Positions 12,867-26,503 of a stretch of 64,000 nt of DNA are shown in pieces. Position numbers and translations under genes: made by a program. Every line of letters begins with the position of its first letter. Positions within the stretch are counted from its first letter, which is position 1. Source of the DNA: Mobula hypostoma (taxonomy: Eukaryota); assembly GCF_963921235.1 (NCBI RefSeq), contig NC_086097.1, forward strand, positions 1,550,001-1,614,000, given 5' to 3'. The notes under the pieces are model-generated. The model was not told where the DNA came from. It saw only the letters and a list, made by a program, of their open reading frames with translations, and did no database searches.

Positions 12867-15800
12867 TAGTGAATCTTCTCTGAACCCTCTCCAACGTCAG
12901 CACGTCCTTTCTTAAATAAGGAGACCAAAACTGCCCACAGTACTCCAAGTGAGGTCTCACCAGCGCCTTATAGAGCCTCAACATCACATCCCTGCTCCAA
13001 TACTCTATTCTGCTAGAAATGAATGCCAACATTGCATTCGCCTTCTTCACCACCAACTCAACCTGGAGGTTAATCTTAAGGGTATCCTGCACGAGGACTC
13101 CCAAGTCCCGTTGCATCTCAGAACTTTGAATTCTCTCCCCATTTAAATAATAGTCTGCCCATTTATTTCTTCTGCCAAAGTGCATAACCATACACTTTCC
13201 AACATTGTACTTCATTTGCCACTTCTCTGCCCATTCTTCCAATCTATCCAAGCCTCTCTGCAGACTCTCCGTTTCCTCAGCACTACCGGCCCCTCCACCT
13301 ATCTTCGTATCGTCAGCAAACTTAGCCACAAAGCCATCTATTCCATAATCCAGATCGTTGATGTACAATGTAAAAAGAAGCGGCCCCAACACGGACCCCT
13401 GTGGAACACCACTGGTAACCGGCAGCCAACCAGAATAGGATCCCTTTATTCCCACTCTCTGTTTCCTGCCAATCAGCCAACACTCTATCCACGTATGTAA
13501 CTTTCCCTTAATTCCATGGGCTCTTATCTTGTTAAGTAGTCTCATGTGTGGCACCTTGTCAAAGGCCTTCTGAAAATCCAAATATACAACATCCACTGCA
13601 TCTCCCTTGTCTAGCCTGCTGGTAATATCCTCAAAAAATTGTAATAGGTTTGTCAGGCAGGATTTTCCTTTAAGGAACCCATGCTGAGTTCTGCCTATCT
13701 TGTCATATGCCTCCAGGTACTCTGTAACCTCATCCTTGACAATTGACTCCAACAACTTCCCACCACCGATGTCAAGCTAACAGGTCTATAATTTCTTTTT
13801 TGCTTCCTTGCCCCCTTCTTAAATAGCGGAATGACATTTGCAATCTTCCAGTCCTCCGGAATCATGCCAGAATCTATCGACTTTTGAAAGATCATCGCTA
13901 ATGCCTCCGCAATCTCCATAGCTACTTCCTTCAGAACACACGGGTGCATTCCATCTGGTCCGGGAGATTTATCTACCTTTAGACTATTCAGCTTCCTGAG
14001 TACTTTTTCTGTCGTAATTATGACTGTGCACACATCTCTTCCCTGCCACCTTGAGTGTCCAGTATACTGCTGATGTCTTCCTCAGTGAAGACTGATGCAA
14101 AATACTCGTTCAGTTCCTCTGCCATCTCCTTATCTCCCATTACAATTTCTCCAGAATCATTTTCTATCGGTCCTATATCTACTCTCACCTGTCTTTTACT
14201 CTTTATATACTTGAAAAAGCTTTTAATATCCTCTTTGATATTATTTGCTAGCTTCCTTTCATAGTTCATCTTTTCCCTCTTAATGACCTTCTTAGTTTCC
14301 TTTTGTAAGCTTTTAAAAACTTCCCAATTCTCTGTCTTCCCACTGATTTTTGCTTCCTTGTTTGCCCTCTCCTTTGCTTTAACTTTGGCTTTGACTTCTC
14401 TTGTCAGCCACGGTTGCATCCTTTTTCCACTCGAAAATTTCTTCTTTTTTGGAATATACCTGTCTTGCACCTTCCTCACTTCTCGCATAAACTCCAGCCA
14501 CTGCTGCTCTGCCATCCTTCCCACCAGTGTCCCTTTCCAGTCAACTTTGGCCAGTTCCTCTCTCATGCCACTATAATTTCCATTACTCCACTGAAATACC
14601 GACACATCAGATTTCGGCTTCTCTTTTTCAAATTTCACAGTGAACTCAATCATGTTATGATCACTGCCTCCTAAGGGTTCCTTCACCTCAATCTCTCCAA
14701 TCACCTCCGGTTCATTACACAATATCCAATCCAGTACAGCCAATCCCCTAGTGGGCTCAACAACAAGCTGTTCTAAAAAGCCATCTCGCAGACATTCTAC
14801 AAATTCTCTCTCTTGAGATCCAGTGCCGACCTGATTTTCCAATCCACTCACATGTTAAAATCCCCACAATTATCATAACGCTGCCCTTCTGACAAGCCTT
14901 TTCTATTTCCTGTTGTAATTTGTAGTCCACATCACTGCAGCTATTTGGAAGCCTGTAAATAACTGCCATCAGGGTCCTTTTACCCCTGCGATTTCTTAGC
15001 TCAACCCATAAAGATTCTGCACCTTCCAATCCTACATCACCTCTTTCTAATGATTTAATATAATTTCTTACCAATAAAGCCACGCCTCCCCCTCTGCCTA
15101 CCTTCCTATCCTTCCGAAACACCGTGTATCCTTGGACGTTCAGCTCCCAGAGACATACATCCTTTAACCAGGTCTCAGTGATGGCCACAATATCATACCT
15201 GCCAATCTGTAGCTGTACGACAAGATCATCCACCTTATTCCTTAGGCTGCGTGCATTTAAGTATAACACCTTAAGACCAGTATTTGGTACTTTTTGCTTT
15301 GATTTCACTGCAACTCATCCCAATGGCTACAAATTTGCCCCATCACCTGCCTGTCTTTCCTGACATCTTTACTGCTCACTATCTTAGATTTATTTCTGTT
15401 TTCCCCTTCCTCAACTCTATCATTCGGGTTCCCATCCCCCTGCCAAATTAGTTTAAACCCTCCCTAACAGCTCTATTAAACCTTCCCGCCGGGATATTGG
15501 TCCCCTTTGGATTCAGGTGTAACCTATCCATTTTGAACAGGTCATAATTCCCCCAGAAGAGATCCCAATGATCCAAGAATCTGAAGCCCTGCCCCCTGCA
15601 CCAGTCTCTCAGCCATGCATTCATCTGCCTGATCCTACTATTCTTGCCCTCGCTAGCACGTGGCACAGGTAACAATCCCGAGATTACTACCCTGGAGGTC
15701 CTGCTTCTCAGTTTCCTTCCTAACTCCTGGAAATCTCTCTTCAGGACCTCCTCCCTTCTTCTATCTATGTCATTGGTACCAACATGTACCAAGACAACTG
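12867..15800 (-). mobile_element. CR1 segment: ORF1 esterase C-terminus, endonuclease and RT (frameshifted), lacking its own 3' end
   Basis: ORF 15448..15792 (HVGTND, D.LHLN: SGNH esterase), 14757..15308 (YLNARSL, ITETWL), 14018..14851, 13695..14033, 12811..13755 ([24 protein letters not shown]). Confidence 0.95.
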
Positions 15801-17080
15801 GTACATTTTCCCAATCTACCTGAATATTGAAATTCCTTATGACAATTGTAATATTGCCCTTTTTGCATGCATTTTCTATCTCCCGTTGTAACTTCTAGGC
15901 TACATCCTTACTACTGTCTGGGGGTCTGTATATTACTCCTATCAGCGTCTTTTTACCCTTGCAGTTCCTTAGCTCTACCCACAATGATTCAACACCTTCT
16001 GACCCTCTGCCACCTCGTTCTAATAATGCGATTCAATTTTTTACCAACAAAGCAATGCCACCCCCTCAATCTACCTGCCTGTCCTTTTGACACAATGTGT
16101 ATCCTTGGACATTAAGCTCCCACCTATAATCTTCTTTCAGCCACGATTCACTGGTGCCCAGAACATCATACATGCCAATCTGCAACTGTACCTCAAGTTC
16201 ATCTACCTTATTCCATACACTGTGCACATTCAAATATAACGCCTTCAGTCCTATATTCACCCTTTTTGATTTTGTCCACCTTTTACATTACAACTCATCC
16301 TGTAGACTACAATTTTGCTGTATCACTAGCCTCTCCTTGCTGGGAGTCTCACTACACACTGCCTCTGTTTGTAAGCCAAACACCTCATCCTCAGCACTAT
16401 TACTCCAGTTTCTATTCCCCTGCCAAATTAGTTTAAACCCTCCTGAAGAACTCTAGCAAACCTGCCTGTGAGGATATTGTTCCCCTCTGGTTCCAGTGTA
16501 GCCTCCCCAGAAGGGATCCCAGTGACCTATAAATCTGAACCCCTGCCCCTTGCACCAGTTCATCAGCCACCCATTCATCTGCCAAATCATCGTATTCTTG
16601 CCCTCGCTGGCAGCAATCCAGAGATTACTACCCTGGAGGTCCTGCTTTTAGCTTTTTGCCTAGCTCCCCCAGATCTCTCTTCAGGACTTCCTCACCTTGT
16701 CTATCTATGTCATTACTGCCAGTATGTCTCAAGACTTCTGGCTGCTTCCCCTCCCCCTTGAGAATGCCATGGACCAGAGCTGAGACATATCTGACCCTGG
16801 CACCTGGGAGGCACCATACCATCCAGGTGTCTCTATTGCAACCACAAAACCTGATTTCTGTTCCTCTGACAGTGGAATCTCCCATCACCACTACAGTGCT
16901 CCACACCTCACTGCTCTTCTGAGGCACAGCACTAGACTCAGTGCCAGAGAGCCAGTCGTCGTGGCTGTCCCCAATCGGTCATTCACCTCCAGTATATAAA
17001 ATCATACACTTACTATTGAGGGGAACGGCCACAGGTATACTCTGCACTTGCTGTGCATTTCCCTTCCTTCTCACATGATA
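15801..17080 (-). mobile_element. Older CR1 5' portion (ORF1 esterase and endonuclease start), decayed
   Basis: VVMGDSTVRGTE..FCG (16628..16927); LKALYLNVHSVWNKVDEL (16066..16260). Confidence 0.88.
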
Positions 17081-17084
17081 AAAC

Positions 17085-18590
17085 AGGCCAAAGTCTACAT
17101 GGCTTTCTAAAGGGAAAATCTTTGCTGACTGATCTGTTGGCTCTCTTTGAGGTAATGACAGGCCGGATAGACAAAGAAGATGCAGTGGAAGTTGTTTATT
17201 TGGGTTTTCAGAAGGACTTGGGCAAGGTGTCGCACGTGAGGTTGCTTAACAAAATAAGAGCCCATGGTATTACGGAAAAGGTACTAGATTGGACAGAAGA
17301 TTGGCTGACTGGCAGGAGGCAAAGAGTGGAAATAAAGGGAGCCTCTTCTGATTGGCTGCCAATGACTGGTGGTGTGCCACAGGGGTTGGTGTTGGGACCA
17401 CTTCGTTTCACATTGTATATCAATGATTTGCATGAAAGATTGATGGCTTTGTGGTCAAGTTTGCAAATGATATGAAGGCAAGTGGAGTGGCAGAGGATAT
17501 TGAAGCAGGGAGTCTGCAGAAGGACTTGGGTTGGGGGAATGGGCAAAGTGGCAGATGGAATATAATGTAGGGAAGTGTATGGTCATGCACTTTGGCATCA
17601 CATGTAGGTAGAGTTGTAAAGAAAGCTTTTGGCACGTTGGCCTTCACAAATCAATGTATCAACTACAGAAGATGCATGTTATGTTGAAGTTGTATAAGAC
17701 ATTGTTGAGGCCTAATTTGGAGTATTATTGTGTGCAAGCTTGGTCATCTGTCTACAGGACAGATGCAAGCATGTTTGAAAGAATGCAGAGAAAATTTAAA
17801 GGATGTTACTGGGTCTGGAGAGACTATGTTTGTATCCCTTGGTGCAGAGGATATTGGTGTATAGATGGAATCGACAGGGTGGAAACTTTCCCCTAAGCAG
17901 AGATGTCTCTGGCCTATTGGGTAGATGTTCAGAGGGAATCAAAGGAGGGTGGTTAGCATCTGGAACTTAAGGGGTTGGTGGAGGCAGTGACTCTCACAAC
18001 ATTTCAGAGCTCTTTAGATGAGAACTTGGAAAGGTTACAGGCCAAGTCCTGGAAAATGGAATTAGTGTGACTGGTACTTCATGGCCAGTTTGGTCACAGT
18101 GGGCCAAGGAGCATTTCCATGTCGTATCGGTATCAAATGATAAAATTATTAACCAGGTAGAGATGATATGGTTTAACAGAAAATGTAATAAACTGGGCCA
18201 GCTGAGGGCAGCCAGTGGGTGCGGCACATTTGGATTTGCAGAGACATTTGATATGGTGTCACACAAGGTTACTGCACAATAAATATTTATGAGATTGAGG
18301 GTTAAGTGTTAGCAAAGAGGGATTTGGCTAATTGACAGAAATCAGTGTTAGAATCAATGGACTAATTCAGTTTGGAATGAAGTCAGCGATGAAACAATGA
18401 GCCTCTAACAAGTACAGTCTGAGTAATTCAGACAAGGGACTGAACGCCCTGTCACCAGCTCTGCTGACGACATAGAGATGGGCACCCTGGTCTCTTCATG
18501 CAGAGGGTGGTGAACATGTGAAATTCTCCACCATAGAGGCAGCGGGGGCCAAATCACTGAGTATATTCAAGGAGGTGAATGCATCCTTTA
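17085..18590 (+). mobile_element. Old decayed CR1 RT and 3' fragments
   Basis: HGFLKGKS, GVPQGLVLGP, LYKTLLRPNLEY in ORFs 17053..17475 and 17654..17896. Confidence 0.8.
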
Positions 18591-18649
18591 ATGAGTCCTA
18601 GAGCACCACAGCACAGAAACAAGCCCTTCAACACATATAATCCATGTAG

Positions 18650-21600
18650 AGCATAGAAATCTACAGCACATTACAGGCCCTTCGGCCCACAATATTGTGC
18701 CGACTATGTAACCTACTCTAGAAACTGCCTAGAATTTCCCTAGCACATAGCCCTCTATTTTTCTAAGCTCCATGTACCTATCTAACAGTCTCTTAAATGA
18801 TCCATTGTATCTGCATCCACCACTGCCACTGGCAGTGCATTCCATGCATGCACCACTCTCTGTGTGAAAAAACTTACCCCTGATATCCCCTCGGTACCTA
18901 TTTCCAAGTTTCCAAGCACCTTGAAACTGTGCCCCCTCATGTTAGCCATTTCAGCCCTGGGTAAAAGCCATCCACAATGCCCATCATCATCTTATACACC
19001 TCTATCAGGTCACCTCTCATCCTATGTCACTCCAAGGAGAAAAGGCCAAGTTCACTCAACCTATTCTCATAAGGCATGCTCCCCAATCCTGGCAACATCC
19101 TTGTAAATTTCCTCTGCACTCTCTCTATAGTATCCACATCCTTCCTGTAGTGAGGTGACCAGAACTGAACACAGTATTCCAAGTGGGGTCTGACCAGGGT
19201 CGTATGTAGCAGTAACATTACCTCAGGGCTCTTGAACTCAATCTCACAGTTGATGAATGCCAACACACCATACGCCTTCTTAACAACACTGTCAAACTAT
19301 GCAGCAGCTTTGAGTATCATATGGACATGAACCTCAAGACCTCTTAGATCATCCACACTGCCAAGAATTTTACCATTTATATTTATATTCTGTCTTCAAA
19401 TTTGACCTACTAAAAACCAGTTCATGCTTATCTGGGTTGAAGTCCATCTGCCACTTCTCAGCCCAGTTCTACATCCTATCAATGTCCCACAGTATCCTCT
19501 GACAACACTACAGACTATCCACAACACCCCCAACCTTCGTGTCATCAGCAAACGTACTAACCCACCCTTCTACATCTTCATGCAGGTCATTTATAAAAAT
19601 CACAAAGAGGAGGGGTTCCAGAACAGATCCCTGAGGCACACCACTGGTCACCGACCTTCATGCAGAATACAAACCATCTACAACTACACTTTGCCTCTAT
19701 GGGCAAGCCAATTCTGTATCCACAAAGCAATGTCCCCTTGGATCCCATGTCTCCTTACTTTCTCAATAAGCCTTGCATGGGGTACCTTATCAAACACCTT
19801 GCTGAAATCCATATACACTGCATCTACTGCTTTTCCTTCATCAATGTGCTTAGTCACATCCTCAAAAAATTCAATCAGGCTCATAAGGCATGACCTGCCC
19901 TTGATAAAGCCATGCTGATAATGCCTAATCAGATTATGTTTCTCCAAATGCTCATAAATCCTGCCTTTCAGGATCTTCTGCAAGAACTTGCCACCACTGG
20001 TCTATAATTTCCTGGGTTATCTCTACTCCCTTTCTTGAATGAGGGATCAACATATGCAACCCTCCAATCCTCCAGAGCCTCTCCCATCCCCACTGATGAT
20101 GCAAAGATCATTGCCAGAGGCTCAGCAATCTCCTCCTTCGCCTCCCACAGTAGCCTGGGGTATATCTCATCCGGTCCCGGCGACTTAACCAATTTGATGC
20201 TTTCCAAATGCTCCAGCACATCCTCTTTCTTAATGTCTATATGCTCAAGCGTTTCAGTCCACTGTAAGTCATCCCCACAATTGCCAAGGTCTATTTCCCT
20301 GGTGAATACTGAAGCAAAGTATTGATTAAGTACCTCCGCTACCTCCTCGAACTCCATGCACACATTTCCACTATTGCACCTGATTGGTCCTATTCTCACA
20401 TGGCTCATCCTCTTGCTCTTCACATACTTGTAGAATGCCTTGGGTTTTCCTTAATCCTGCTCACAAGGCCTTCTCATGGCCCCTTCTGGCTCCCTTTATT
20501 CCATTCTTAAGCTCCTTTCTAGCAACCTTGTAATTTTTTTAGAGCTCTAACAGTACCTAGTTTCTTAAACCTTTCGTAAGCTTTTCTTTTTTACATCCTT
20601 TGTACACGGTGGTACTTTAACCCTACCATCCTTTCCCTGGCTCAGTGGAGCTTACCTATATGCAGAACTCCATGCAAATATTCCCTGAACATTTGTCACA
20701 TTTCTGCCGTGCATTTCCCTGCGAACATCTGCTCCCAGTTTGTGCTCCCAAGTTCCTGCTTAATAGCATCATATTTTCCCCTATCCCAATTAAATGTTTT
20801 CCCAAAGTGTCTGCTCCTATCCCTCTCCAGTGCTATGGTAGAGAAGATATAACTGTGGTCACCACTTTCAAAATGCTCTCCCACTGCGAGATCTGACACC
20901 TGACCAGGTTGATTTTCCAATACCAGATCAAGTACAGCCTCATCTAATGCATCAGGAAACCTTGCTGAACACACCTAACAAACTCCACCCCATCTAATCC
21001 CCTTGTGCTAAGGAGATGACAATCAATATTAGGAAAGTTAAAATCTCCCATCACGATAACCCTATTATAAGGAGGGAGGAAAAGATGGCAGCGTGACGCA
21101 GCGCGCGTGGCCGTTCTGAATGATATCATATGTGTAACTAGGGATGTGCACAATCCTGATTTGATGGAGACAGCCGTGAGAAGCATGGAGGAACATCTGG
21201 AGTAACTTCTGAAATGCCCGCTTCGCTGCCGCTGCTACTGTGCGATCGAGAATCTCCGGAGACGAAGGCCCCAAATCCTCGGCTTTGCGTATCGCCTGTT
21301 GCCTTGGCCGGGGTCGAAGCGCTCGGCAGAGATGGTGCTCGGTGCTCGGTGTCGGAGAGCTGGTCGGAGGCTCGGAGTTTTCGGACAGACTCGGAGTCAG
21401 ACTGTGGTCGGATGCTTCCAGGATGCTGCATCGGCAAGTTTACGGCGCTGGAGGTTTACCGTCTATGTGAGATGATGGGACTTTCGAGAGACTTTGAGAC
21501 TTTTACCCTGCCTATGGTCTGTTCTTATTAAATTATGATATTGTTTTGCACTGTTGTAACTATATGTTATAATTATGTGGTTTTTGTCAGTTTTTCAGTC

Positions 21601-22010
21601 GGTTTGTCATGTGTTTTTGTGATATCATTCTGGAAAAACATTGTATCATTTCTTAATGCATGCATTATTAAATGACAATAAAAGAGGACTATGTGTCTTC
21701 ATAATCTAATCTAATCTATTATTGAACCATTTCAGAATCTGCCTCCCTATCTGTTCCTTGATATCCCTGTTACTATGGGGGTCTATAAAAAAAACAGACA
21801 GTAGAGTCATTGCCCCTTTCCTGTTTCTGACTTCCACCCACACAGACTCAGTAAACAGTCCCTCCATGACTTCCTCCTTTCTGCAGCTGTGACACTACCC
21901 CTGATTAGCAACGCCATGCCCCACCTCTTTTGCCTCCCTCCCTGTTCTTTTTGAAACATCTAAAATCTGGCACACTCAGCAGCCATTCCTGTTCCTGAGA
22001 CATCCAAGTC
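18650..22010 (-). mobile_element. CR1 LINE (3' UTR to endonuclease), decayed, split by a SINE-like insert
   Basis: ORFs 19027..19266, 19684..19983, 19968..20423, 20696..20974; VMGDFNFPNID; CATAGAAA tail. Confidence 0.9.
21069..21715 (+). mobile_element. Non-coding SINE-like retroposon (about 650 bp), copy 1
   Basis: TSD CTATTAT at 21062-21068 and 21716-21722. GC-rich head with AAGATGGC, AT-rich tail with AATGACAATAAA and (CTAAT)n. Homologous to 52928-53557. Confidence 0.85.
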
Positions 22011-23230
22011 TGAACTGTTGTTCTGTCTAGTCTCATTGACTCACACCTGGATCATAGCCCTCCATACCCTGTCTGTCCAATGCTGAAGGGACCTAGAGAT
22101 GCAGAGGGAAGGCAGAAGCAACGTCCTCCACTGGACATAGAACGTAGAACGTACAGTGCAGCAACTGGCCGTTTGAAAAGTTCATTTTATTATCAAAGTA
22201 TACAACTCTGAAATTCTTCTTCTCCAGGTGGCCACAAAACCAAGAAGGAAATGAGAAGAAAAGAACGCAGCTTGATCATCAACCCCTAAATCCCTCCTCT
22301 CCGCACAAAATCAAACAGAAACAAAACAGGTACATTGACCCCCAAATCCTCAACCCCGCACACAAAAAAAGAGAAAGATTGGGTGAAAAACACAGAACAT
22401 AAAATACTCTGAATATAAAAAACTCTAAGACTAAAAAAAATCTATATCCAAAATGCATAAAACTTGGGTAATATTCTCCAGGCCTTTCCCTCTCCATGGC
22501 TAAGCGATCTCACCAAGGAGTGCCTTCAGCACACAACCTGATGTTTCAATCTCCCGCATCGCTTTAATCAGCGAATGATAGAAGCTTTAATTGGTGAACA
22601 TCAGCTCGTTTCCTGAAGCCCTCTTAACGCTACCTTTGCCTCCTGGAATCCTCTCGGAGTCTGCAGAGTGCTGAAACATCCAAACGATCTCCAAACTGCA
22701 AATCACAACATTCGGCCCACAACGCTGTGCCGAACCAGCTAAAAAGCAAATCGAAAACACCCAAACACTAATCCCTCTGACCTATACCAAGTCCATTTCC
22801 CTCCATCTTCCTTACATCCATGTACTGATCCAAATGTCTCTTAAAAGCTTCTAATGTGTTTACCTTTACCACCACACCAGACAGCGCGTTCAAGGCATCC
22901 ACGACTCTCTGAGTAAAAAAATCCCTCACGTATCCCTTGAACCTACTGCCTCTCACCTTCAATGCTTGCTGTCTGGTACTAGACATTTCAACCCTAGAAA
23001 ACAGATACTCTCTGTCCACTCTGTCTATGCCTCACATAATTTTGTAAACCTCTATCAGATCTCCCCTCAGTCTTCAAAGCTCCAGGGAAAACAGCCCAAG
23101 TTTGTCCAGCCTCTCGTGATAGCACATGCCCTCTAAACCAGGCAGCATCCTGGTAAAACTCTTCTGCACACTCTCCAAAGCCTCAACAACCTTCCTATAG
23201 TGGGGCGACCAGAACTTTATACAATACTCC

Positions 23231-23730
23231 TGTCACAACCACGGATTTGCAGCCCAGCAGATATGACAATTGCGCTTGTGAATATGCACGTTGGCTAATT
23301 ATTATTTCATTGTGATAGTATTTAACTCCATTCATTCCGTCGTAGTATTTGTCGAGACTTGGACACAGCACAGTAATGCGCGTGTCGGCTAATTATTATC
23401 TCATTGTGATAGTATTTAACTCTAATCATTCCGTCATAGTACTTGTCAGGACTTGGACACAGCACAGCAATGCTTCGCTGCTGCTTGCATTCCGCTTCGT
23501 CTGAGAAATTGGACTGTCGAGTCGACTGACCCTGAAGACTAGCGGTATTTGTTTTTCAGCCGCAGCGTAGGCTTCGCTTTCCATTTGACAGTTTTCGTTA
23601 ATGGCCCTGTTTGGCCTAGTGTTTATTGTTTTCCTTTCCCTTTAACATTGTGCACATTAAAGTCTGTGAACCATCGACCTGCTTCAGTGTCTCTCACTCT
23701 GTGCTTGGGCCATATCTGCATCGGGTGACA
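23231..23730 (+). repeat. 5' LTR (500 bp) with an internal 94-bp tandem duplication
   Basis: TG...CA termini; GGCTAATTATTAT at 23293 and 23387; TATTTAA at 23319. Confidence 0.92.
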
Positions 23731-23731
23731 G

Positions 23732-23742
23732 CAAGTCTCGAC
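23732..23742 (+). promoter_or_regulatory. Self-priming-type primer binding site CAAGTCTCGAC
   Basis: Lies 1 nt after the LTR, has no TGG, and is the exact reverse complement of LTR positions 23351-23361 (GTCGAGACTTG). Confidence 0.8.
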
Positions 23743-23753
23743 CACACAAAAAT

Positions 23754-24979
23754 GAAACATAGAAACATAGAAAACCTACAGCACAATACAGGCCCTTTGG
23801 CCCACAGAGCTGTACCGAACATGTCCTTATCTGAGAAATTACCTAGGGTTACCCGTAGCCCTCTATTTCTCTAAGCTCCACGTACCTATCCAGCAGTCTC
23901 TTAAAAGACCCTATCGTATCCGCCTCCACCATCAACACCCGCAGCCCATTCCACTCTCACCACTCTCTGCGTAAAAAAACTTACCCCTGACATCTCCTCT
24001 GTACCTACTTCCAAGCAACTTAAAACTGTGCCCTCTCGTGCTAGCCATTTCAGCCCTGGGAAAAAGCCTCTGACTATCCACATGATCAATGCCTCTCATC
24101 ATCTTATACACCTCTATCAGGTCACCTCTCATCCTCCGTCACTCCAAGGAGAAAAGGCCGAGTTCACTCAAACTGTTCTCATAAGGCATGCTCCCAATCC
24201 AGGCAACATCCTTGTAAATCTCCTCTGCACCCTTTCTATGGTTTCCACATCCTTCCTATAGTGATGCGACCAGAACTGAGCACAGTACTCCAAGTTGTCC
24301 TATATAGCTGCAACATTACCTCTCGGCTCCTAAATTCAATTCCATGATTGATGAAGGCCAATACACCGTACGCCTTCTTAACCACAGAGTCAACCTGTGT
24401 AGCAGCTTTGAGCGTCCTATGGATTTGGACCCCAAGATCCCTCTGATGCTTCACACTGCCAAGAGTCTTACCATTAATACTATATTCTGCCATCATATTT
24501 GACCTACCAAAACAAACCACTTCACACATATCTGGGTTAAACTCCATCTGCCAGTTCTCAGCCCAGTTTTGCATCCTATCAATGTCCTGCTGTAACCTCT
24601 GACAGCCCTCCACACTATCCACAACACTCCCAACCTTTGTGCTATCAGCAAATTTACAAACACATCCTTCCACTTCCTCATCCAGGTCATTGATAAAAAT
24701 CACTAAGAGCAAGGGTCCTAGAACAGATCCCTGAGGCACACCACTGGTCACCGACCTCCATGCGGAATATGACCCGTCTACAACCACTCTTTGCCTTCTG
24801 TGGGCAAGCCAATTCTGGATCTACAAAGCAATTTTCCCCTTGGATCCCATGCCTCCTTAATTTCTCAATAAGCCTTGCATGGAGAACCTTGTCAAATGCC
24901 TTGCTGAAATCCACATTACATCTACTACTCTACTTTCATCAATGTGTTTAGTCACATCATCAAAAATTTCAATCAGGTG
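23754..24979 (-). mobile_element. CR1 3' portion inserted at the gag start of the LTR element
   Basis: (AAACATAG)n tail; ORFs 24236..24787 ([17 protein letters not shown]) and 23932..24132. Confidence 0.92.
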
Positions 24980-26378
24980 CAGCAGAACCCAGCTTAGAGA
25001 GAGTACCTGACCTTGGCCGTGAGATTCATTGGTCAGAGTGATTCAGCGAGGCAACAATCTTCTGTTGGAATTCCTATGTATGAATTCTTGTTTCTGTCTC
25101 CAGTGTGACAGAAGGATCTTGCCAAGTAATGGACCCAGCGAAATTTGAACAATAATGTTTTGATATTGGTGGCTTGAGGAGGGGGTGCCTTTATTCTCAG
25201 TGCATGTTCTGACTCTACATTCCGAGAGTCCTGAGTCTGCATACCGAGCTTCTCTAATCTACATTGAGTTTCTCCATATCTATTCCAAGCTTTTCAAGTC
25301 ACAAGTACCCAGGTTCCCAGCTTTGTGGTCCAGTGACTCAAGTCGGCATAACAAATGAGTGCTTCAAGCAAGTTTATTGATTAGTTCAGCAAATCATCAT
25401 TCAAATCAACAGCATAAATTCTGGAAGGGCCCTACTCGAAAAGCTGATCCCTGGCTGGAGGGTGAAAATACACAAGTAAAGTAACCCTATTGTTTCATAC
25501 CTCAAGGAGATCTTGTGACTTTTTTATCTTGTGAGAATGATGTAATGGGTTTTTGTTGGTCACCTGATGTAATTTTCCCGCCGATGTGAGGTCACCTGAT
25601 GACATGTGCACCACGGGTATAAAAGGGAAGACCCCTGATGACACAGTTAGTGTATTTTTGTTTTCCAGCTAGAACGGTAGTCATTGTCTCCGGTCCGTTG
25701 CGTATTTGTTTTTATGACGCAGTTTCATTTTTAAAATGGAGGTTTACGTTCTGTTGCAAGGTACACTAGTGCTGGACTGGCAAATTCTGCTGGATTTGTT
25801 GATGTACCTTTTTCCTGTAGTATTGGAGAGTGAAGACTTTATCGAAATACAGGATATGAAGGATTAAGAGAAGTTGGGAATGTTCGGCAGTTTAATAAAG
25901 GATCCACCTTATTGAGTCTTCGTTGAAGAAGTAGCAACCTGCATCGAAGATAACTCCTGCCGAAAGAGCAGGGTAGTTCATGTGGGATTTGCTCTCTAGA
26001 AGAAATTAAGGTCAGTTGTTTTAAGCTGTTTATTTCCTTCATCGTGAATCCTTTGGACAGAACCAGCAGGTAAGTCGCGTCTATGAAGAAATCCTTCTCC
26101 AGAGAAGTCTCTCCCAATTGAATATATAAATCCGTTGGACTTTCGAATTTACCATTTTAAGAACTGTATTTGACTTTACCGCTTTAAGAACTGATTTCGT
26201 ATTTGTCGCTTTAAGAAGCAGTACCGAGTGACGATTCGTTGAACAGCCACATAGTGGTTAACTTCCGGTTAAGGTTTTCATTTGTTTTTGTTGTTTGTCC
26301 GTTTAATAAATGTTTGGTTGTTTTTATATAACCTGTCTCGATTGATATTCATTGTTGCTGGTTACGTAACCTAATTTG

Positions 26379-26394
26379 TGGGGGCTCGCGGGAT
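26379..26394 (+). promoter_or_regulatory. tRNA-Pro primer binding site with a 2-nt deletion
   Basis: TGGGGGCTCGCGGGAT versus the canonical TGGGGGCTCGTCCGGGAT. Confidence 0.85.
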
Positions 26395-26503
26395 CTTGTT
26401 CCAAAATTTTGAGTTTAAGTGCTGGTATTTGCCATTCTGATTTGGAAAAGGGAAATACCCGTTTTTTTTAGTTTGATTGGTGTATGAGTGGTATTCGGCA
26501 GCA

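Noticed and set aside
22183..22710. Possible further minus-strand SINE-like element
   Set aside because: It has an AATAAA-type end and interrupts a CR1 tail, but there is no second copy or clear TSD in the window to define it.
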